A stretch of 40,000 nt of DNA from Anaerovorax sp. IOR16. Lineage in GTDB: Bacteria > Bacillota > Clostridia > Peptostreptococcales > Anaerovoracaceae. Shown piece by piece: positions 32,670-40,000 of the stretch. Every line of letters begins with the position of its first letter. Position 1 is the first letter of the stretch. Where the stretch lies: the NCBI RefSeq assembly GCF_017168145.1, contig NZ_JADQTL010000009.1:1080799-1120798 (forward strand). The letters are read 5' to 3'. Both the position numbers and the translations under genes were made by a program. A model generated the notes under the pieces. The model did no database searches. It worked only from the letters and a program-made list of their open reading frames with translations, and was not told the DNA's origin.

Positions 32670-33758
32670 ATGGCTATAGCCAGAAAACCAAGAATTGCAG
32701 AAGCTACAGATACATTTGACGATAGCCATACATATAAATGTTTACGTTGTGGTGCTGAACATCAAAATCCAGTAAAAAAATTTTATAGGTCTGAATGGTC
32801 TGAATTGTTTTTAAAAAATGATAGATATGTTCCTTTATGTATTAAATGTGTTAATGAAATTTTTAGTAATATATCAAATAAATACGGAACCGAAACTGCT
32901 TGTATTATTTTATGTTATATGATGGACATCCCGTTTTATCATAGTTTATATGATAGTATTGTTAAAAATAATAATATATTTTCTATAGGTGTATATAAGA
33001 GACAATTAAACAATAAGCAATATCAATTTCAATCATTTCAACAAACAATTCTTAATGAAGAGTTATATAAAACAGATGACGATATACGAGAAGAAAAAGA
33101 AGTAAAATGGACTGCTGATAAAATAAAAAATAAGAATGATGCAATTAACATAATCGGCTATGACCCTTTCGATGGTTATTCAAGTAATGACCGTCGTTTT
33201 TTATTTGGTGAACTTGTTAAATATTTTGATGATGATATTTCGGAGGATACATTTAAACTTTCTCAAATTATTCAAATTGTAAATAATAACAATCAAATTC
33301 GTCAATACGATTTATTAATATCTTCATTAAATCCAATTAGAGATGCAAATGATATAAAAATGCTTGGTATTTTAAAGAAAAATTGTGTTGATAGTAATGA
33401 TAAAATTGCAAAAGAAAATGAAATATCTGTGAAAAATCGTTCAAATAAAGACATTGGCAAGTCTACACTTACCTATCTTATGAGAGATTTGAGAGAGAAA
33501 GATTTTAAAAAAGCTGAAGCAAATTATTACGACCAATTAAAATCTGAAGGTACTTTATGGGCTATATCAATGTCAAATAAAGCTATAAAACAAAATGGAA
33601 TGTTTGACGAAAATGATAAACAAGAGATTTTTGATATACAAAGAGAAACAATTCAAAAATTACAATCTGAATTAGATGAAGTGTTGGAAAAGAATAGATT
33701 ATTATTAATAGAAAACGCAGATTTGAAATCAAATAAAGACGGTGATAAAAATGAATAA
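32670..33758 (+). CDS. putative terminase small subunit / DNA-packaging accessory protein (Zn-ribbon N-terminus)
   Basis: It sits immediately upstream of terL and overlaps it. CLRCGAEH...CIKC zinc-ribbon; C-terminal coiled-coil-like region. Function is inferred from position only. Confidence 0.4.
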   Translation: MAIARKPRIAEATDTFDDSHTYKCLRCGAEHQNPVKKFYRSEWSELFLKNDRYVPLCIKCVNEIFSNISNKYGTETACIILCYMMDIPFYHSLYDSIVKNNNIFSIGVYKRQLNNKQYQFQSFQQTILNEELYKTDDDIREEKEVKWTADKIKNKNDAINIIGYDPFDGYSSNDRRFLFGELVKYFDDDISEDTFKLSQIIQIVNNNNQIRQYDLLISSLNPIRDANDIKMLGILKKNCVDSNDKIAKENEISVKNRSNKDIGKSTLTYLMRDLREKDFKKAEANYYDQLKSEGTLWAISMSNKAIKQNGMFDENDKQEIFDIQRETIQKLQSELDEVLEKNRLLLIENADLKSNKDGDKNE

Positions 33759-35604
33759 AATTAGAAAAAAAGTTCTTATGACTGAATTTAAAAGAAGAAT
33801 TTGCGAATTAGATGCAGAATCAATAGCTTATTATAGAAGGAATCCTTGTATTGCTTCTGAAGATTTGCTTGGAATTAAGTTAATCGACGCACAACGTTAT
33901 ATATTACAATCATCTTGGAATACTCCTCATTGTGTTTGGTGTTGCTCACGTAACTTTGGAAAATCATTTATTGGTGCAATATTTATGATATTGAAAGCAA
34001 TTCTTTATGAGAATCAGGCTATTTATATTGTATCTAGTGTAGGTTCTCAATCAAAAGAAACATTTGGTAAAATTGAAGAAATTGTTTTAAATATCGGGAA
34101 AACCGCTGCATCCATTAAATCTTTAAAAGATATTGTAAGAAAAGAAACTAAAAAGTCCCCAAATAATAAAACTGGATTTAGCCATGCTCCTGAAAGTTAT
34201 ACTGTTGAATTTTACAATGGAAGTGAAATTTTTACATTAAATGGAAAGCCTGATAATAATAGAAGTAAACGTTCAACTTTAGTTTTTTTTGATGAAGCAG
34301 CATTTAGTTCAGATGAATTAATTTCTGCTTGCGAAGCATTTGCAACACAAAATACTGATTTTACAACATCTACTGATGAAAGTTATAATCCAGAGACAGA
34401 AACAAGAAAAGTTCCAACTCAATTAATATATGCTTCATCTCAAGACGAGATGGATAAAATGTTTTATAAACACTATAAGAATTATGCAAAAAGAATGTTG
34501 GCTGGAGATAGAAACTATTTTGTATGTGATATGATTTGCGATACAGCAATAAAAACATTTATGGATGGGAAGCCTTATGTTCCACTTCTTACTCAGTCAA
34601 AAGTCGACTCAGCTATGAAAGCAAATAAAGAAAAAGCTTTAAGGGAATATTATAATCAACCTACAAGAGATGGTGGAGTTTCACAAATTATTAAATGGCA
34701 TGTTATTCGCAGAAACGAATCGTTTTATTTACCGCAATTATATTGGAAACCAAATAATAAAATTGCATTAGCATTTGACCCTGCTAGAACAATGGATAAT
34801 TCTATTTTAGGAGCGATGAATTTATATCAAGATGATGAATTAGGTTGGTGTGGAGATATTGTTAATTATGTTAACTTTATAGATATTGCAAGTAAAAAGA
34901 AATATAAATTAGACTCTAATAGACAATTGGATGAAATTAGACAAATTATATTGAATTATAATGGCAACCACCCTGATTATGAATATCTTGATTCCTTAAT
35001 GATTGACCAAGGGGCAGGTGGTGGTGGAACAAGTACATATGCAGATGGATTACTAAATGATTGGAATGATAAAACAGGTCGCACCCATAGAGGTTTGATT
35101 GATGCTAATCATGATATATATGCTGGTTACTCTGATATATATCCTAATGCAATAGATAAACTTCGTTTAATAAGTCCTAGAAAATATAGAACTCAAATGG
35201 TAGAAGAGTTTATTGAATTAATGAACTTAGGAGTTATTAAACTCCCATATGAATTTAAAGGGCAAGATTTTATTAAGATAATAAAAAAAGAAGATAATAA
35301 TATTGATGAAGAAGAATTTGAAACGTATGATTTGAGTGATGATGAGATGTTAAGCTTAACTCAAATTGATTTAATGAAAAATGAAATCACATCAATTCAT
35401 CGATTTAAAAACCCCGAAGGCACATCGGTATCTTACGCTTTATCTAAAGAGAAAGAAAATAAAATGCACGATGATAGATTTTATGTGGCTATTATGTTAG
35501 CTCATAGGTTACATGAAATTAGACGTGGGCAAATAATTAATAAAACAAATAACGAAGCAGACCTCTCTTCCCTGCCCTCTTGTGTTTCATCTGTAGATTT
35601 TTAA
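33751..35604 (+). CDS. terL: terminase large subunit
   Basis: Walker-A-like CSRNFGKSF and Walker-B-like TLVFFDEAAFS, a nuclease-half-like C-terminal region, and about 620 aa. It sits at the head of the structural module. The ATG at 33751 overlaps the upstream stop. Confidence 0.8.
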   Translation: MNKIRKKVLMTEFKRRICELDAESIAYYRRNPCIASEDLLGIKLIDAQRYILQSSWNTPHCVWCCSRNFGKSFIGAIFMILKAILYENQAIYIVSSVGSQSKETFGKIEEIVLNIGKTAASIKSLKDIVRKETKKSPNNKTGFSHAPESYTVEFYNGSEIFTLNGKPDNNRSKRSTLVFFDEAAFSSDELISACEAFATQNTDFTTSTDESYNPETETRKVPTQLIYASSQDEMDKMFYKHYKNYAKRMLAGDRNYFVCDMICDTAIKTFMDGKPYVPLLTQSKVDSAMKANKEKALREYYNQPTRDGGVSQIIKWHVIRRNESFYLPQLYWKPNNKIALAFDPARTMDNSILGAMNLYQDDELGWCGDIVNYVNFIDIASKKKYKLDSNRQLDEIRQIILNYNGNHPDYEYLDSLMIDQGAGGGGTSTYADGLLNDWNDKTGRTHRGLIDANHDIYAGYSDIYPNAIDKLRLISPRKYRTQMVEEFIELMNLGVIKLPYEFKGQDFIKIIKKEDNNIDEEEFETYDLSDDEMLSLTQIDLMKNEITSIHRFKNPEGTSVSYALSKEKENKMHDDRFYVAIMLAHRLHEIRRGQIINKTNNEADLSSLPSCVSSVDF

Positions 35605-35622
35605 AAGAAAGGTGGTGAATAG

Positions 35623-36114
35623 ATGACAGAGAATAAAGAAGATTTTATTATTACAGTTATAAATGACGAAGATAACGCTACTGTTATTGAAACATCATAT
35701 GAAGATGAAATATCTAAATACGAAAATGATATTTTATTATCTGCATTAAAAGATTATGATTCTACAAAACGTCAATATTCAGCATATCTTAAAGATAAAG
35801 CATCAAATGATACGTTAACTATTGAATTTATTGATGAATTAGCAAATGGAATCCATTCGGATGTATCTAAAGTGCAGACGGCAAATAATCTTATCAGAAG
35901 ATATATTATAACAGATGATATTATAGGAAAAACATATGAGAGTATCGAAAGTAATGTAAATACAAATTATAGACTTTCATATGGCGATTATAGCACACAA
36001 AGAAATAAATCAAAAAAACTTGATGATGTTAAAAATACAGTAAATATTTTTAATAAACAAATTAATTTAAAACAATTAATACGTGAAAGTATTCCTCTTA
36101 CATATGCTGAAGGT
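35623..36114 (+). CDS. putative portal protein, exon 1 (interrupted by IStron-like element)
   Basis: GGTGGTGAAT SD. The ORF ends in a stop just inside the insertion. Joining 36114 to 38008 keeps the frame (...PLTYAEG|YYGTYIVCLR...). The portal call rests on position after terL and a combined size of about 539 aa. Confidence 0.55.
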
Positions 36115-36700
36115 AACTAAACTGTTAAAAATAACTTATAAATAGTTATAAAACTTAACAATATTTATAAGTTTTAGATAGAACCGAATTAACAGAGAGC
36201 CTTGCATACCAAGTAATTGGTGTGTACTTCGGGTTAATTGCAGGTAATGGGTAAAGCCTTACACCAAAACGGATAACGAAAGTTAAAACGGGAATGGTAC
36301 GAAAGTAGAAAAAACGTAAGGATGGACTATGGTGAAATAAAAGCTGTATTTAGGTGATACAGTCCTAAGGTCTATAAATAATCCCTGTTCATGCAGGCAC
36401 TTCCCTTAACGTAAAGTCGATGGGAAAGCTTCAACGACTATCTCCTTGTGGGAGAGTAAAACCGCAAGCTAATGGCGGAAGAAAAATCCGACTCCTTATA
36501 GAAAATAAGGATGAACAAATAGTCTACGCACGTCTTGAAAAAGAGTGATTATTAGCGTGAGCGAAATAATGCTTATAAGTTGCGATTATAAGTAAATATA
36601 TAAGAGTTATATGCTCTATAAATTTTATAAGATTTTATTTGAGCAGTAGCGTGATGAACTACTGTTTTATTATATTTAATTTTAAGAGAAAGGAGGTAAA
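36115..36700 (+). ncRNA. group-I-intron-like structured RNA (5' part of the IStron)
   Basis: Exon AAGGU (36110-36114) can pair with GCCUU (36199-36203), giving a U-G wobble at the junction, extended by CUGUUAA (36122-36128)/UUAACAG (36189-36195). Also present: CCAA-GUAA-UUGG (36209-36220), UAAC-GAAA-GUUA (36274-36285), UAC-GAAA-GUA (36298-36307), and a candidate P7 pair GACUA (36325-36329)/UAGUC (36520-36524). Confidence 0.5.
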
Positions 36701-36703
36701 TTT

Positions 36704-37843
36704 ATGATAAAAGGGTTTAAAACACAAATTTATCCAAATAAAGAACAACAGGAGAAGATAATTAGGTTTTGTAACGCTAGTCGATTTGCGTATAATTGGG
36801 CTATTGCAATAGAACAAGATAATTATAAAAATGGAGGAAAATTTATATCTGGATATAATTTAACTAAAATGTTTACTCAATTTAAAAAACAAGAAGGTAA
36901 TGAATGGTTAAAGGAAATATCTGGACGTGCTTTAAAAGTTGCTATTTTAAATGCTGGACAATCTTATGAAAATTTCTTTAAAGGCAGAGCTAAGTATCCT
37001 AACTTTAAATCTAAAAAAAGAAGTAAAAAGTCATGTGCAACACATGAAGGAACTACTATAATCGAAAAGAAAAGAATTAGATGTGAAAAATTAGGTTGGA
37101 TTCCAAGTCATAAACATAATATTCCTATTGGTGAAAATATAAAATATTATAACCACAAATTATCTTTTGACGGTATAAATTTTTGGTTTAGTGTATCAGT
37201 AGAATTAGAAGATTATAAAAATACTAAACCAAAAACAGAATCTGTTGGCATTGATTTAGGAATTAAAACTTTAGCGACATGTTCTAATGGAATAATATGC
37301 AAAAAACCTAATATAAAGAAAGAACAAAAGAAATTAAAAAGATTGAAGAAAAGAGCATCAAAACGATATCAAAAAATGATTGATTATTCTAAGCAAACGA
37401 AAATCAAGTTTGTAAAATTAGAGAAATCAAAGAATTTGCTTAAACTTGAAAAACAAATTTTGAAACAATATCAAAAAATTAACAATAAGTTAACGACAAA
37501 TATACATACTTTCACAAAATCATTAATTAATTTAAATCCACAAGCTATTGTAATTGAAGACTTAGATGTTAATGGTATGAGAAAAAATAGACATTTATCT
37601 AAATCTATAAATGAAGCTAAATTTTATGAAACACGTAGGCAATTAGTATATAAATGTAATTGGTATGGAATTAATTTAGTTATTGCTGATAGATGGTATC
37701 CTAGTAGTAAAACTTGTTCAAATTGTGGTTGTATCAAAGAAAAATTAAGTTTAAGTGAACGTATATATGTTTGTGAAGATTGCGGTCTAATTATAGATAG
37801 AGATTTGAACGCAAGCATAAATTTAAGAAATTTAGCAATGTAA
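36704..37843 (+). CDS. tnpB: TnpB (IS200/IS605-family RNA-guided RuvC nuclease)
   Basis: Typical N-terminus MIKGFKTQIYPNKEQQEKIIRFCNASRFAYNWAI. RuvC-I in VGIDLGIKTLAT, RuvC-II in AIVIEDLDVNGM. Zinc finger CSNCG...CEDCG followed by DRDLNASINL (RuvC-III). Strong AAAGGAGG SD. Confidence 0.9.
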   Translation: MIKGFKTQIYPNKEQQEKIIRFCNASRFAYNWAIAIEQDNYKNGGKFISGYNLTKMFTQFKKQEGNEWLKEISGRALKVAILNAGQSYENFFKGRAKYPNFKSKKRSKKSCATHEGTTIIEKKRIRCEKLGWIPSHKHNIPIGENIKYYNHKLSFDGINFWFSVSVELEDYKNTKPKTESVGIDLGIKTLATCSNGIICKKPNIKKEQKKLKRLKKRASKRYQKMIDYSKQTKIKFVKLEKSKNLLKLEKQILKQYQKINNKLTTNIHTFTKSLINLNPQAIVIEDLDVNGMRKNRHLSKSINEAKFYETRRQLVYKCNWYGINLVIADRWYPSSKTCSNCGCIKEKLSLSERIYVCEDCGLIIDRDLNASINLRNLAM

Positions 37844-38007
37844 TTTAACTACATGTTAAATATGTACTCAGACCGTACTGAGGATTTTAAGTCTGTGGAG
37901 TTCTACATCAAACTAGAGTAGATTTATCGAAATAGAGAACAATGAAACAGAAAGTATAAAGTTAAGAAATGAAATTTTATAAAATTTATAGAGTTTTATA
38001 ACTTTTG
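37844..38007 (+). ncRNA. 3' part of the TnpB omega-RNA (reRNA) scaffold / intron 3' segment
   Basis: In TnpB elements the guide RNA scaffold spans the 3' end of tnpB to the right end. This ORF-free 164 nt contains the CTCAG-ACCGTA-CTGAG hairpin and ends at the proposed 3' splice site. The 5' limit probably lies inside tnpB and is not determined. Confidence 0.45.
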
Positions 38008-39135
38008 TATTACGGTACTTATATTGTTTGTTTAAGAAATAACGGAAATAGTTATATTGTAGACCATTATCCTATCGGTGTTGCATATATGAGTGAATAT
38101 ACATACGGTGGGAAACCAGTTGTTGAAATTAATATCAAAGAACTTGAAACAAGATTGAAAAAGACATATGAAAAAGATAAAAAGAAAAAACCAATTTTCT
38201 TTGAAAATATCGAAAAGGATATCCAAGCAAATTATCCACCAGAAGTTTATAAAGCTTATAAAAATAAAGAAACTGTTGTTAGATTGGATACAAAATATAC
38301 TGGAGTAATAAGAATTGGAAATATGGGTAGAAGGTATGGGGTATCCCCTATTCTTCGAGCGTTAAAATCAGCCCTTATGCTTGAAAATTTTGAGAAAAGT
38401 GATAATACTAATGCTAAAGCTAAAGCTAAGAAAATTATACATCAAATTATGCGTAAAGAATGTCTGGGCTCTGATTTAAACAAAAAGGGTTTCGAATATG
38501 CTATTCACGCACATAACGAATTATGCAGTGCGTGGAAAAATAAAACTGTCGTATATACTTCTATTCCGCAAGTTGAAAAAGTTGTTTATGTAGAACCTAA
38601 AGTAGATGATACTAATGCTGATAAAATTAATATTTATCGAAGTAAGATTATGACAACACTTGGTATAGGGTTTATAGACACTAATGTAGCTAATTTTTCT
38701 GTAGCGAATATATCATTAGACCAGCTAATGAAGACTATTAATTCTATATCTCAACAACTTGAAAGAATTGTTCAAGATTGGTATGAAGTATTGTTTGAAA
38801 ATGAAGGAATCGATTTAGAATACCTTCCTACTATACAAATTATAGACAGTGAAGCAATGGATATGGAAATGAAAAAAGATTTAGTTGAATTACTTTATAG
38901 TAAATTAAATTGTTCAATGAGTACGGCTCTTGATATTTTAGGATATTCTCTTGAAGACGAAAAACAAAAACGTATTTCCGAAAATGAACAAAATTTAGAT
39001 TCAGAAGTATTTTTACCTCATAATTCACAATATACAAACAGTGGTTTAAATAAAAATGTAGGTGCTCCTTCAGATAGTAAAAATTTAGACAAACAATCTG
39101 ATGATAAAAACTACAATAAAAAAGTGAGAAAATAA
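38008..39135 (+). CDS. putative portal protein, exon 2
   Basis: The frame opens only 2 codons upstream (stop at 37999-38001), and there is no SD or ATG for the track's TTG start. It continues the exon 1 frame after removal of 36115-38007. Confidence 0.55.
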   Translation, partial: YYGTYIVCLRNNGNSYIVDHYPIGVAYMSEYTYGGKPVVEINIKELETRLKKTYEKDKKKKPIFFENIEKDIQANYPPEVYKAYKNKETVVRLDTKYTGVIRIGNMGRRYGVSPILRALKSALMLENFEKSDNTNAKAKAKKIIHQIMRKECLGSDLNKKGFEYAIHAHNELCSAWKNKTVVYTSIPQVEKVVYVEPKVDDTNADKINIYRSKIMTTLGIGFIDTNVANFSVANISLDQLMKTINSISQQLERIVQDWYEVLFENEGIDLEYLPTIQIIDSEAMDMEMKKDLVELLYSKLNCSMSTALDILGYSLEDEKQKRISENEQNLDSEVFLPHNSQYTNSGLNKNVGAPSDSKNLDKQSDDKNYNKKVRK

Positions 39136-39138
39136 TAA

Positions 39139-39315
39139 ATGAATAGAGTTCAAATTAGATGCCCTTGTTGTGGCAATATCATTGAAATTGATTTGGTCAG
39201 TGGAAAAATATCTACTGATTTTTTTAATGGAGAAAATGAAGAAATTGACAGAGATGAATTATCTAAGCTTGGTTATGAATTTGGGATAACTAAGGAGGTG
39301 AATAGCGATGGATAA
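39139..39315 (+). CDS. small zinc-ribbon-like protein, 58 aa
   Basis: Below the track cutoff. Translates MNRVQIRCPCCGNIIEIDLVSGK... It overlaps the next gene's start by 8 nt. Confidence 0.45.
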   Translation: MNRVQIRCPCCGNIIEIDLVSGKISTDFFNGENEEIDRDELSKLGYEFGITKEVNSDG

Positions 39316-40000
39316 AATTACTTTATTCTCAAATTATGTTGAATTGAGTGAAGCATCTGAAGATGAAAATATCATAGCAAAATTTGTGTTGTGTGATTTT
39401 GATGTTAATAAAAATAAAGTGAAATTAAACCGTGAAACGATTGAAAATTGGTTTGCGACGATTATAAATCAACCTTTAGTTGGCAAAATAGTTACTTCAT
39501 ATGATGGCACTTCTGATTTTTCAGGGCATAATATGAAAATTATTTCTAAAATTGATAAAAATGGAAATTTAATAAAGTTTGTTGAATTTGATACTAATGC
39601 ATTTGGTACATTTATAAGCTGTGCAATTGAAGAGATAAATGGTATTGAATGTATTACTGCAACAGCAGAAATCTGGAGAAGATATCCAAAAGCTTGCCAA
39701 TTAATTATAGATAGAATTAATAGCGGAACTTTATATAGTAGTTGGGAAATTTTAGTAAGTGAAGCACATTTGGATTCTGATGTAAAAGTTATTGATAATG
39801 GCAAATTTACAGCACATTGCATTTTAGGTAAAAATGTTTCTCCTGCTTATGACAGTTCAAGATTGTTAGAAGTGGCAGAAGAAAATAGTAGTTTTGAATT
39901 GTTTAATGCTTTATCTCAAGATATTGCATTAAGTTCAAATAACACATCTAAAGAACAGGAGGAAAATATTTTGGATGGAAAGAAAGAAAGAGTAGAAACC
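39308..40000 (+). CDS. head-module protein (possible prohead protease or scaffold), 3' end cut by window edge
   Basis: ATG at 39308 follows AAGGAGGTG. The frame is open to the end of the window (MDKITLFSNYVELSEASEDENIIAKFVLCDF...). It replaces the antisense track ORF 39469..39822. Function is guessed from position only. Confidence 0.55.
   Translation, partial: MDKITLFSNYVELSEASEDENIIAKFVLCDFDVNKNKVKLNRETIENWFATIINQPLVGKIVTSYDGTSDFSGHNMKIISKIDKNGNLIKFVEFDTNAFGTFISCAIEEINGIECITATAEIWRRYPKACQLIIDRINSGTLYSSWEILVSEAHLDSDVKVIDNGKFTAHCILGKNVSPAYDSSRLLEVAEENSSFELFNALSQDIALSSNNTSKEQEENILDGKKERVET

Larger units (their letters stand above)
36115..38007 (+). mobile_element. IStron-like element: group-I-intron-like 5' region + tnpB + 3' omega-RNA region
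   Basis: It splits one reading frame. The 5' roughly 590 nt is ORF-free, G+C-richer and full of GNRA/UUCG-capped hairpins. An intact tnpB follows. Boundaries were chosen so the upstream exon ends in U (36114), the element ends in G (38007) and the frame is restored. Boundaries are accurate to a few nt. Confidence 0.7.

Noticed and set aside
36114-38003. TAACT at 36114-36118 and 37999-38003 as target-site duplication or true element boundaries
   Set aside because: Removing one copy plus the intervening DNA leaves the downstream ORF out of frame. IS200/IS605 elements do not make target duplications. The 36114|38008 junction satisfies the frame, the U(-1) rule and the terminal G rule.
2483-38226. 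Shadow ORFs overlapping longer genes: 1809..2042, 2483..2671, 4836..5021, 5136..5399, 5396..5584, 6647..6898, 7183..7389, 8005..8211, 12597..12833, 14116..14328, 15061..15261, 17799..18089, 19327..19917 set, 23116..23490, 24040..24240, 25043..25237, 29372..29604 pair, 31615..31866, 34370..34558, 37624..37818, 38032..38226, 38840..39037, 39469..39822
   Set aside because: Each lies antisense to or out of frame with a longer, SD-supported gene in the dominant orientation of its arm. They have low-complexity translations and no SD.

Overview
AT-rich, Firmicutes/Clostridia-like tailed-phage or prophage DNA. It has two divergent arms around a roughly 1.3 kb non-coding hub (19875-21214). The left arm (1-19874) is entirely minus strand. 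It holds about 50 tightly packed, mostly tiny ORFs of unknown function, an AbrB-like regulator, a sigma-70-family protein, and a diversity-generating retroelement (DGR). The DGR consists of an RT (8258-9343) and a G+C-rich C-type-lectin-fold target gene (9424-10740). I could not find its template repeat or an avd gene anywhere in the window. The right arm (21215-40000) is plus strand. It holds two tyrosine recombinases, a possible replication initiator behind iteron-like repeats, and a 914-aa protein with two-barrel (YonO/RdRP-like) RNA polymerase motifs. It also holds a beta-CASP nuclease, a metallophosphoesterase, HU, a tRNA-Lys(UUU) hidden under an over-called ORF, and a packaging/head module (terS?, terL, portal, next head gene). 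The putative portal gene is split by a roughly 1.9 kb insertion (about 36115-38007). That insertion looks like an IStron: a group-I-intron-like structured 5' part, an intact tnpB, and a 3' omega-RNA region. Removing it restores one open frame. Two further ORF-free, visibly G+C-richer stretches (18393-19262 and 32099-32669) are candidate large structured RNAs. The hub shows mirror-image strand composition, perfect palindromes, DnaA-box-like 9-mers and repeated promoter-like motifs. All calls come from reading the sequence and ORF track by eye. No database search, covariance model or alignment program was run.
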